Of a DNA stretch of 64,000 nt, positions 13,015-23,713 are shown one piece after another. The position numbers and the translations under genes were made by a program. Every line of letters starts with the position of its first letter. The first letter of the stretch is position 1. Location of the stretch: NCBI GenBank assembly GCA_043228905.1, contig JBHGNT010000003.1, positions 3,348,001 to 3,412,000 of the forward strand, written 5' to 3'. The DNA is from Azolla caroliniana. Lineage: Eukaryota; Plantae; Polypodiophyta. The notes beneath the pieces were generated by a model that did not search any database, was not told where the DNA came from, and saw only the letters and a list, made by a program, of their open reading frames with translations.

Positions 13015-15785
13015 CTCCTTCCTTTTCTTCACAAATCCCTCCGGTTGTTGCATGTAGATCTCCTCTTCGAGGTCACTGTGAAGGAATGTCGTCTTCACGT
13101 CCAGCTGCTCTACCTCGAGGTCCATGCTTGCCGCTATGCTCAGCACCGTCCGGATGGAAGTCATCTTTACTACCGGGGCAAATATCCCGTCGAAGTCCAC
13201 GCCCTTCTTGTGTTGGAACACCTTCACCACGATCCTGGCTTTGTACCTTGGAGGGTTGTCGGCATCTCCCGGTTTCAACTTGTACACCCACTTGTTTCGG
13301 AGTGCCCGCTTTCCTTTCGGCAACTCCACCAATTCGTACGTATGGTTCTCATGCAGGGAATCCATCTCATCCTACATGGCACTTAACCATTTGCGGCTAT
13401 GGGTGTCACTTTTAGCTTCTTCGAAGCTTTCTGGCTCCCCCTCATCGGTTAGCAGCACATGCTCTACATTTGGAAATATCTAGGGGGCCCTTCTCTCTCT
13501 GAGAGGATATCTCTGTCTTTGGCTTTCAGCAATCGGCTCCTCTATTTGTTCTTCATCCGAATCAGATTCGAGGTCTTGGCCGGTTCCGGTTTCACCTATT
13601 CCTTCTTCTTCTTCGGCCTGTCTTGTCTCCTTACCGTCACCGGTAGGTTCATCGAGTGCTAACCAGTCTCTTGCCGGTTGGGTTTGCTCATCGTAGGATC
13701 GATCCTTACCGGTTGATTCACAGTTCATTATCTTCATCTCTGACTCCCAGTCGGCGAGCGTCTTGTTCTCCATGAAGATAATATCTCGACTCCGGAATAC
13801 TTTCTGGTTGACCGGGTTCCACACTCGGTAGCCGAACTCATCGTTGCCGTAACTGAGGAATATGCATGGCCGGGTCTTCGGATCTAACTTTCCTCTCCGG
13901 TGCTTAGCTACATGCACGTACGCAAGACACCCGAATACCTTCAGATGCCGGTAGGACACTTCCTTACCGGTCTAGACTCTCTACGGCGTGTCTCCGTCCA
14001 AGGGTACTGAGGGTGATCTCTTTATCACATATGTCGTCGTCGACAATGCCTTAGCCCAAAGCGTCTTGACACTTCCTTACCGGTCCAGACTCTCTACGGC
14101 GTGTCTCCGTCCAAGGGTAGTGAGGGTGATCTGTTTATCACATATGTCGTCGTCGACAATGCCTCAGCCCAAAGCGTCTTGGGTAATTTTGCATGCGCAA
14201 GCATACTCCAGACCCTCTCCAATATGGTCTGGTTCATCCTCTCGGCCAGCCCGTTTAGTTCCGGTGTCTTCGGCACGGTAAATTCAAGCCGAATTCCCTT
14301 CGAGCGGCAGTACTCCTCGAACTGACCCCGGTATTCTCCTCCGTTATCTGCTCGAACCACATTCAACTGACTTCGTGTCCACTTGACACACATCAGTATG
14401 CACCAACTCCAGTGGTGTATTACATCTCATCGGAAATACCGATACTTGATTAACAACATTTTTGTTTTGAAACATAATGTCGATCTTCTCCCAGAGCTCA
14501 TGAGCCTTGCTCTCTTCATTGAAGTTGTTGTATAAACTCATGTCGATGAAGCACCGTATGTACGCCGTTGTCTTCATGTGCATCACCTCCCATATCGTGG
14601 CATCGATTTTGTCTGGTTTCTCGTCCCCGAACTGAACCGGCAACCAAAGATCTTTAACCATGAGTATGTCCGTCATCTTCGACTTCCACACTAAGTAATT
14701 GGAGCCGGTGAGCTTGAACATGCCTCCCAACGATTCGTCCATTTTTCTGTGTCGTTTCGCTCTGATACCAGTTTGATAGGAATGCGCTCCCCTAAGCTAT
14801 GCTCGGCCACAACCGAGACATCGGATCAACCATAGAAAATAGGGATGTGGAGAGATGTATCTACACACGAAACAGTAAAGAAGAGAGTGCACTGGATGTT
14901 AACGTGGAAAACCCAAATACGGGAAAAACCACGGCAGCCCTCAAACTGCAAAATATCACTATATCAAGATTACAACAATGGGGCACAGAGGCAATGACCT
15001 CTTGCTCCCTCGCTTCGCCACCAGGCGGTTACAACAGAGGCAGCAACCTCGTCCTCTCTTGTCCTCTCTCTCTCTCTATACACAGTTACGCTCAGAATTA
15101 TCGCCACAACGATAATCACACAACCAACTCTACATCATCACTATTAAGTTTGCCCTAGGTCATATTTATACTAATATGACTTTCGGACTATTTACAAATA
15201 TAGCCCCAATGGGCTCTCTTGAATATATTTACATATATGTCCCTTCCATCCGATGAGAGGTTCTCACCGGGTCTTCCTTGCCAGGTACTCCACATCCGGT
15301 TCTCATCGGGTCTTCCTTGCCGGGTACTCCACATCCAGTTCTACTCACTTCCCATCCGGAGGGACCTGTTTCCTAACAGAATCATGGTCAAAGGAAGACT
15401 TCTACCGAATTAGGAAGAAGGCCTACAAGTTCTTCCTCAAAGAAGGACATCTATGGAAGTTTCCAAAGAAGAAGAATGGAACTCCACTTCGAGTGGTGTG
15501 CAAGAAACAAAATCAACAAACACTAATTGTTGAATTTCATGATAGTGTGTGGGCAGGTCCTCGAGGTATATGGGCAACATTTGCAAAGCTCAAGGAGAAG
15601 TATTGGTGGCCGGGTGTTTACAAAGATGTAGCAAGCTATGTTGAAACATGTGAGCAATGCCAATTATACTCGAATATTCATCATAGGGATGAACTTCACC
15701 CGACATATCCATTATCAATGCACTATAAGTGGTTGGTAGACATAGTGGTTATGCCGATGGGATTGGGGCAAATGAAGTATCTCGT

Positions 15786-16539
15786 TGTCGCGTTGTTACG
15801 CGCGTGCGTGGAGAAAGGCGGGACCACAGGGGTCTTGGACTAGGGAGCGACGGAGCGTAGGAAGTCGCACTTCACCGTTTCTGGGGCACCCCTGAAACGC
15901 ACCGGAAGCAGCCGAAGGGAGAGAGGGAGTGAGAGAGCGTGCTTGACACCAACTCACGCACGCACACACGCACGCACGCACACGCCCTCTTGTACAGGAA
16001 ACGCAGGGAAGGAGGGGAGCACCCGACACCAACAAGACGCCAATATACACAGACAGAAGCAAATGTATATGTATATATATATAAGAAGAATACACTCCCG
16101 GCTTCGAGCCGGACTGAGGTAGGTTACAGTAGTCGTCTGCTGCCAAGCCGCCGTCGGGGAGCTCACGGGCTCGTCGCGCCGAGCGGGGTCTTGTGCAGGA
16201 GATGAGCTGAAGCCAACCCTAAACGAACACGAAGGGGAAGAAGAAGAAGCAGAAGAAACCTAACCCTAAACCTACTGGTATACCCTCTAATGCAAAAATG
16301 GGCAACCCTTTTACAAAGGGCATTCCCTCCCTTTTATAGAACAAGGAGAGGGATGCGTTACAATGTGGGACAAATCCCGACTTTCATGGGATCGTCTGTC
16401 CCGACTTGACTACTCTTCGGCGCCATAAAGGCGCCCTCGATATTCACACTAAATGTACATGGGTACGTACACACGCTGCACCCCGCCGATGTAGCCAATG
16501 TTTCCCGGTTTTCGCCTATGGCCGAAATTCTTCACGACA
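15786..16539 (-). mobile_element. Solo LTR of an A-related gypsy family inserted in B integrase
   Basis: Ends TGTCGCG...CACGACA. 4-bp TSD TCGT (15782-15785 / 16540-16543). Removing it restores KYLVLARE of integrase. Termini match the ends of the A LTR. Confidence 0.9.
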
Positions 16540-17478
16540 TCGTGCTAGCAAGAGAGGATCTCACCAACCAAGTAGAAGGACGAGCGCTAAGGAATAAAAC
16601 AACTTCGGCAGTTTGTAAGTTTCTCCTTGAAGATGTTATTTGTCGATACGGATGTGTTGGCAAAATAGTAGCTAATAAGGGAGAATTAGATGCGAATGAA
16701 GCTAAAGAGTTCTTTTTAAGAATAGGCGTCAAATTATCGCTCACCATGGCATACAACCCGGACGCAAATGGGAAGGTGGAACGAGGACATAGTCCAATTG
16801 TAAAAGCTCTAGCAAAGGCTTGCGACAGCAAGATGGGAAATTGGCCACAATTACTACCTTATGCATTGTGGGTAGATAGAACTACACATAGCACGACTAC
16901 AGGATATATGCCCGCCGAACTCATATTAGGACAAAAACCAATAATGCCTATTGAGCAAAGTGTTGCTTCGTGGACGTCTTTGCCATGGCAAGAGGAAATG
17001 AGTTGGGAAGACTTGATAGCCACGAGGATTCAACAATTAGAACAAAGGCCCAAAGATGTCAAGTTGGCAATAGAACGGTTGTACCAAGCTCGATTGAAGA
17101 ACAAGGAGAATTTTGATAGAAAGCATCGTCTTCGACAAAGAAAAATTGAAGGAGATTGGGTTCTTGTCTATGATAGTAGTCTCGATAATCAATATAGCAT
17201 TGCTCGAATGTTCGCAAAACGATGGTTTGGCCCGTATATGGTCAAGAAAATAGGAAGCAATGCAACCTATTTTTTAGCAGAGTTAGATGGAACTTGACTT
17301 GCTTTGCCAATTGCAAGGAAAAGAATCAAGATCTTTAAGAGAAGAGAGGCCCCAAATCCTGAGATCGAAGCTTTGGATAATATAGCCTCAAACATCGAGG
17401 TTGAAAAAGAGTAATTAAAAGAGGAACCTCACCACAATTGGCACATACCAACGGATGTGCAGGTTTGGTGGGGGTGAA

Positions 17479-18899
17479 TGTCGTGTGGTTTTTCACACAC
17501 GATATGAAACTTAGTAAAACAATTAATTAAGATTAGCTTAATGTATTCATATAGATAAATGTCTTCAAGAGTTTCATAACGTATTTTACTACGCATAAAA
17601 CGGATAAACAAGTATCAAGTTATGTGAGTGTAAAGTTTGAAGAAGAAGAAAGAAACGACAAAACTGTGAGATATCCCACATAGATAGGACAACATTGGAA
17701 CCCAAGATATATAAGGGAAACCAAAACATATTCATTCTATGAATGTGTGGAGCATAGAATGTTCAAGGTGACTTGGGCTACAGTGTGTGTTGTGCACGTT
17801 GCATATGCACAGTCGTGTTGACGCTTCGGGTGTATGTGCGTATGCACGGCCACGTGGACATTTTCGGGCATACGCGTGCATGGACGGCCACGTGGACATT
17901 TTCGGGCATACGCGTGCATGGACGATCGTGTGGACATTTTCGGGTGTACACGTGCATGGACGACTGCGTGGACATTTCGGACGTACGCGCGCATGGACGT
18001 CTTTGGATGTACGCGCATGTGCAAGTTTCGGGTGTACGCGTGGACGTTTCAAACGGACGCGTCTATGCGAACGAGCGCGCGGACGCGTCTGTGCGCACGC
18101 GCACATGCGTGGATGCATACACTGCGGCGCGGTCGAGACTTTTGCGCGCGGATGCGTACACAGTACGGGTTGGACGCGCGCGCGTGGATGCGTACACTAC
18201 GCGATCGGGACTTTTGCGCGCAGACGCGTCTATGGTTTGGTTGCGACGCACATACAAATTGCGCACGGGCTAAACTTTATGGATGATTGTGTCATTTGGG
18301 CGAATTATATGAATAGTCCCATGCAACCAAAATCCAAGGCCATGCAACTAAAAGAAAAAGGCATGCATCTAAAAATGAAAGCATGCAACTAAAAATAGAG
18401 GTCATCCAACTAAAAGTGGGCTTGCAAAGTAACATTGGGGAGGAGGATCAACAAGGAGCTCGATATATGTCCCATTTTTTCCCTCCTAATTTTTTTTTTT
18501 TTCTCTTCCTTCTTCTTCCCTCTGGGTTTCGAGAAACAAATGATCTCACATATTGATATCAAACTCTTAACTTTGTTGACAGGAGCTTTCTTGTCAAAAA
18601 TTATCTCTCGTATTCATATCGGACCACTCCTTGCATGGTTGTTGGCTCCTTTCTTTGAAATATTAATCTCTCATTTCCATACCCAACCCATTGTAACACG
18701 ATTCTAAAATTATAAAGAATCGATTTTCTTTTGCAATAAACTAATGATTTGTCTCTTCCACTTGTCTTATGCTTAAAACTTGCTTGTGTTGTACATGTTG
18801 CACTAAATCCTTCTAGTCCAGAACCCCGGCGGTTCTGTCTCACGATCCGCACATAGTGACGGATTTTCATGACAATGCTAAGCGCATAACAACTCGACA
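17479..18899 (+). repeat. 3' LTR of B (1421 bp) with an internal GC-rich ~38-bp tandem array (~17845-18240)
   Basis: Follows PPT-like GGTTTGGTGGGGG. Repeat unit GGCCACGTGGACATTTTCGGGCATACGCGTGCATGGAC. Ends CGACA followed by the TSD. Confidence 0.9.
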
Positions 18900-19315
18900 A
18901 CGTGACCCCCAACAAAGAGTGGTTTTCGGACTACTTAGCCGACACCATCGGCACAGTCCAACTAGGCAACGGGCAAGAGTGCAAAATTGCAGGAACTGGA
19001 GAAGTTCCAATCTGATTGCCAAACGGTAACACAATAACCCTACACTAACTTGCTTGTGTTGTACATGTTGCACTAAATCCTTCTAGTCCAGAACCCCGGC
19101 GGTTTTGTCTCACGATCCGCACATAGTGACGGATTTTCATGACAATGCTAAGCGCATAACAACTCGACAACGTGACCCCCAACAAAGAGTGGTTTTCGGA
19201 CTACTTAGCCGACACCATCGGCACAGTCCAACTAGGCAACGGGCAAGAGTGCAAAATTGCAGGAACTGGAGAAGTTCCAATCTGATTGCCAAACGGTAAC
19301 ACAATAACCCTACAC
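18777..19315. repeat. 270-bp tandem duplication spanning the B-LTR / copia E junction
   Basis: 18777-19045 is repeated at 19047-19315; I saw one substitution. Confidence 0.95.
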
Positions 19316-20699
19316 CAAGTTCGGCACGTACCCGATCTAAAGAGGAATCTGGTCTCCATTGGCATGTTAGCCGAAGACGGGTACAAAACGACTCTATATG
19401 AGTCAACATGGGTGATCAACCGAGGAAATCTAAAAATCGGGAGTGGGCACAAGTACAACAATCTGTACCCATTGATGGCGATCAACCCTGAAGGGGCTAT
19501 GAACGTAGTTGAGAAGACTGACCCGAACTTATGGCATGGCTGACTAGGCCATATGTCTCAAGCCGGACTTGATCGGCTGATGTCAGTCGGCTACATCTCG
19601 AAGCTCCAAGCGAAGATGGACTTCTGCAAGCATTGTCGGTATGGGAAACAAACCCGAAGTCCACATTCTCTCCATTATGAGATGGTACGACAGCCCCTAG
19701 AGCTCGTGCACACAGATATATGTGGGTCCATGCCAGAGCGATCACTAGGAGGCTCCCGGTACTTCATCACATTTGTAGATGACTGACTGTACACGGAAAA
19801 TTTGGGCATACTCCATCAAGTCCAAAGATGAAGCACTCGAGGTCTTCACTCGGTGGATATCTAGAGTGGAGAACCGGTCGGGACACAGAGTGAAGACACT
19901 CAGATCCGACAACGGAGGTGACTACACCTCTAGAGCCTTCAAACAATACCTGTCCGAAAAAGGGATTCGGCATCAAAGGACCATTCCTTACACACCCATG
20001 CAGAATGGGGTGGCTGAACGGATAAACTGAACGATCCAGGAGAGGATGACGGCAATGCTCCAGCAAGCAGGATTGAAGCTGGAATTCTGGGCCGAGGCAT
20101 TACAGACGGCAGTGTACCTGATAAATCAAGCGCCGTCAAGAGCAATCAAGCTCGAAGTGCCACAAGCACTATGGGTAAAAGCATGCGAGTGGAAACACTA
20201 TTATAGCTAATTAGCTACTAAAATGGCCATAGCTAATTAGCTATTTGTTTAGCTAGTCTTTTTTGTGGGAAAATCAAATATTTGAAAAACTAATTTATGA
20301 AAAAACTCAAATATTTGAACTTCTGTTTCAGACGTAGTGGAACTTGGGGAATAGCACCATCATCTAAGGTCGACTTCAATGTCATCAATTTCCTATTTAG
20401 CCTAAGTTTAATTTTGAACGCAGATGGAGTACTCAGAGCACGAACGCAGACGTAGCTCCCGCAGAAGCAAAAAATCGACATTGCAAATTGAGAGCTACAA
20501 CACAGAACTCGCTCGATCATCATCCAGGTATGTTTCAATTACAGAAACCCCAAACATTTGTTTTTACTTTTTGACTACTGTCTGAACTTTGGTGCCAATT
20601 CATATTTCCCCAAAATCCTTGGAGTCCCATACAAGGATGTCTCGCAGATTGGGGAGTAGCAGTAGGTGTGTTTATATTACTTTTTTTGTGTTTAATCCT

Positions 20700-21245
20700 G
20701 TCTTTAGTGATGATTAGGGTTTCTGATTGAAATTTCTTATTAGGGTTTTTGTTTATAAATTTCTGATTAGAATTTCTTATTAGGGTTTGTGATTAAAATT
20801 TCTAATTAGGGTTTCTGATTGAAATTTTTAATTAGGGTTTTTTATTATAAATTTCTGATTAGAATTTCTTAATAGGGTTTCTGGTTACAAAATTTGATTA
20901 CAGATTAGAATTTCTGATTAGAATTTCTGAATAGGGTTTTTGTTTATAAATTTCTGTTTAGAATTTCTGATTAGGGTTTGTGATTGAAATTTCTTATTAG
21001 GGTTTCTGATTGAAATTTCTGATTAGGGTTTTTTATTATAAATTTTTTATTAGAATTTCTTAATAGGGTTTCTGGTTACAAACTTCTGATTACAGATTTT
21101 GATTAGGGTTTCTGATTTCAAACTTCTGATTACAGATTTTGATTAGGGTTTCTGATTTCAAATTTTTGAATACAAATTATGATTAGGGTTTCTAATTTGC
21201 TAAGTTAAAGATTTTGCACTATTTCTGTTGTTGTTGATTGGGGTT
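20700..21245. repeat. Degenerate tandem array rich in TTAGGGTTT (telo-box) inside intron 1 of the accessory gene
   Basis: Roughly ten or more TTAGGGTTT copies alternate with AAATTTCTGA-like units. Confidence 0.85.
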
Positions 21246-21873
21246 TCTCATTCTGACATATTCTGATTTTGCACTATTTCTGATTTCTGAAATGATATTT
21301 CAGATGGCTCGTTCCTCCGTATCCAAGAGTGCTAAACTTCGCAAAATTTTGCGAGACAAAGGAGGACTTCCACAACACCTATGGTCTGTCACTCGAGGGT
21401 GTTGACCCTGTTGTCCTAAGTGATAAATTGATCAGTGATGTAGACTGGATGACAGTATATACAGTGCCTGGAGTCAAAGGCAAGGTCAAGCTGAAGCATG
21501 TACGAGCCGACTTGTACGATGACTGCATGAGGCTGCACCAGAAAGTTCATCAGGAGATCCCAGTCAACAATGAGTTGTCAGTTTCATTTGCTAGAGCATT
21601 TGCATATGAGTACTGCAAAACAGTGAAGGAATCCAGAGACCCTGAAATGTATAGGGTAGCTTGGGCAGTCTATGGTGAGGCATCGGTAAAAAGATGCCGA
21701 AAGATGGGGACCTTGGCACAAAAAATAGACAGATTTTGGAGCATGGCAGCTGTTGATGCAACTGCCGACTCCCAGCAAAACCGGGGGCATACACCACACT
21801 GACACCCAAGGAAAGCCAATGTCGATGATACAGGTGAGACATTGGTTAGCTATATGCTAAAAAATGTCCATGA

Positions 21874-22543
21874 TGTTGGGAGACAGGTCCCTCTGGATGG
21901 GAAGGGAGAAGAACAGTGCCGACGAACAAACTCAGCCGAGGCCGAAACGGTATGAACCGGATGGGGAGTACCCGACTGCGGAGAGCCGGATGGTGTAGGC
22001 CCGGTATGAACCGGATGGGGAGTACCCGACTGCGGAGAGCCGGATGGTGTAGGCCCGGTATGAACCGGAGGAAGAGACATATTCGTAAATATGTTTCTGA
22101 GAGCCCATCGAGGCTACATTTGTAAATAGCCGAAAAGTCATATTAGTATAAATATGACTTAGGGCAAACTTTTATGTGGGTTGTTCTCATTGTTGTTATT
22201 CTTCCTTGTTGGTGCAAGAAGATAGAGAAGAGCGTGTAACTGTACAGAGAGAGAGTGGTAGAGAGACGAGGTTGTTGCCTCTGTTGTAACCGCCGCCTGT
22301 GGCGAAGATCTGAGAGCACGAGGTCGTTGCCTCAGTGATCTCACTGTTGTATATTCCTACATAGTGACAGTTTGCAGCCTGTGGGCTGCCGTGGTTTTTC
22401 CCCTATTTTGGGGTTTTCCACGTAAACCTCCTGTGTACCATTTCTCCTTTTTGTGTCGCGTTACATTACCTGTTTTTTCTGTGTATGAAAAGAATCTCGG
22501 TTGTGGCCGAGAGTCGGACATAAGGAACGTCGAGTTTACATCA
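21874..22543 (+). mobile_element. Solo LTR of a C-related copia family
   Basis: TGTTGG...CATCA ends. TSD CATGA (21869-21873 / 22544-22548). Homologous to the C LTRs. Contains an internal 54-bp tandem repeat at 21948-22068. Confidence 0.92.
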
Positions 22544-23156
22544 CATGAAGCCTGTGAGACATTGGCATTTTTTAAGACTAATTTAGAGAAAACCACAATG
22601 GCTTCTGCAATGGAGAGCAAAGTTACTTCCGTTGTTACAACGATTAGAAATAAGATTCAGGTAACTATTGTTTTGTTGGTATGTGATTGTGTTATAAATA
22701 ACTTTAAGGGTAAAATGTGCTAATCAAGCATTATCTGGAATAGGTTGCGCAACAGGAGCTTGAATTAGAGGGGCCATTGGATCCCCAGCGTAAAATACAA
22801 TTGCAAATAGAGATCCAGGTTCTTTCAATGAACCTGGACCTTCTAGGTGTAAATATTGTTGCAGATTACAATTTGGAAAAGCTTCAAGTAAGTTAATGAT
22901 TCCTGAGCAAAGTTGGTGTATCTTTCTCAGACAGGAATAATTAATCGGTAAATTTCTCTGTTGCGTTGAAGGAACAATACATTCATCAAGAACAGGTAGT
23001 TAGCTGCCTTAAGAAGCAACTACATTTTGTGGAGGGAATGGTAAGGACCAAACAGGATTTGGACCTGAACATTCTTGCTCCCTTACCAAATGAAGGAGAA
23101 CCATAAAATGATTTATTGACAGTTCAAGCACGTTGCATCGCTTGCGGTTTAGGTGT

Positions 23157-23713
23157 TGTTAGGAAACAGGTCCCTCCGGATGGGAAGTGAGAAGAACAGT
23201 ACTGATGAGCAAACTCAACCGAGGCCGAAACCGGATGAAGAGTACCCGGTGAGAACCGGATGAAGAGTACCCGACTACGGAAGACCCGGTGAGAACCAGA
23301 TGACGAGTGCCCGGCAAGCGCCGGATGATGCAGGCCCGATGAGGAGTGCTCACCGGATGAAGGGACATATTAGTAAATATGTTTCTGAGAGTCCATCGGG
23401 ACTATATTTGTAAATAGCCGAAAAGTCATTTTAGTATAAATATGACTTAGGGCAAACTCTTCTTCATGTTGTTGTCATTCTTGTTGGTGCAAGACTAAAG
23501 AGCGTGTAACAGTGTATAGAGAGAGAGAGAGAGAGAGAGGAAGAGGTCGGTGCCTCTGCTGTAACCGCCGCCTGTGGCGAAGATCGTGAGCACGAGGTCA
23601 TTGCCTCCGTGAGCTCACTGTTGTAATCATTGTGATATAGTGATAGTTAGCAATCTGTGGGCTGCCGTGGTTTTTTTCCCTACTTTGGGTTTTTTCTACG
23701 TTAACATCCCGTG
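23157..23713 (+). mobile_element. C-related copia LTR, interrupted by chromovirus D2
   Basis: Starts TGTTAGGAAACAGGTCCC, the rc of the C LTR end. Similarity stops where the D2 LTR begins. Confidence 0.85.

Larger units (their letters stand above)
5620..15378 (-). mobile_element. Ty1/copia element C, internally deleted, inserted in B pol
   Basis: LTRs 5620-6193 and 14774-15378. TSD GAATC (5615-5619 / 15379-15383). PBS-Met (rc of TGGTATCAGAGC) 14759-14770. PPT ~6194-6205. gag 14742-14430, integrase 14393-13480, RT (YVDD) and RNase H 13365-13020 and 7352-6250. Confidence 0.95.
1644..18899 (+). mobile_element. Ty3/gypsy element B (non-chromodomain), decayed; hosts nested C, D and a solo LTR
   Basis: Termini TGTCG...CGACA. 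4-bp TSD ACGT (1640-1643 / 18900-18903). 5' LTR 1644-~2712 is truncated and matches the 3' LTR 17479-18899. PR 2722-3459, RT 3806-4700, RNase H ~5090-5460. Integrase is split over 15379-15785 and 16540-17340. Confidence 0.9.
20424..23106 (+). pseudogene. Four-exon accessory gene of the DNA transposon (~354 aa, unknown function), hit by one nonsense codon and a solo LTR
   Basis: Exons 20424-20527, 21304-22660 (minus the solo LTR and one TSD copy), 22744-22887 and 22972-23106. All introns are GT-AG and all junctions stay in frame. Single internal TGA at 21800. Confidence 0.75.

Noticed and set aside
20700-21245. Interstitial telomere or chromosome-fusion scar
   Set aside because: The motifs are single TTAGGGTTT units separated by other sequence, not (TTTAGGG)n, and they lie inside a transposon intron.
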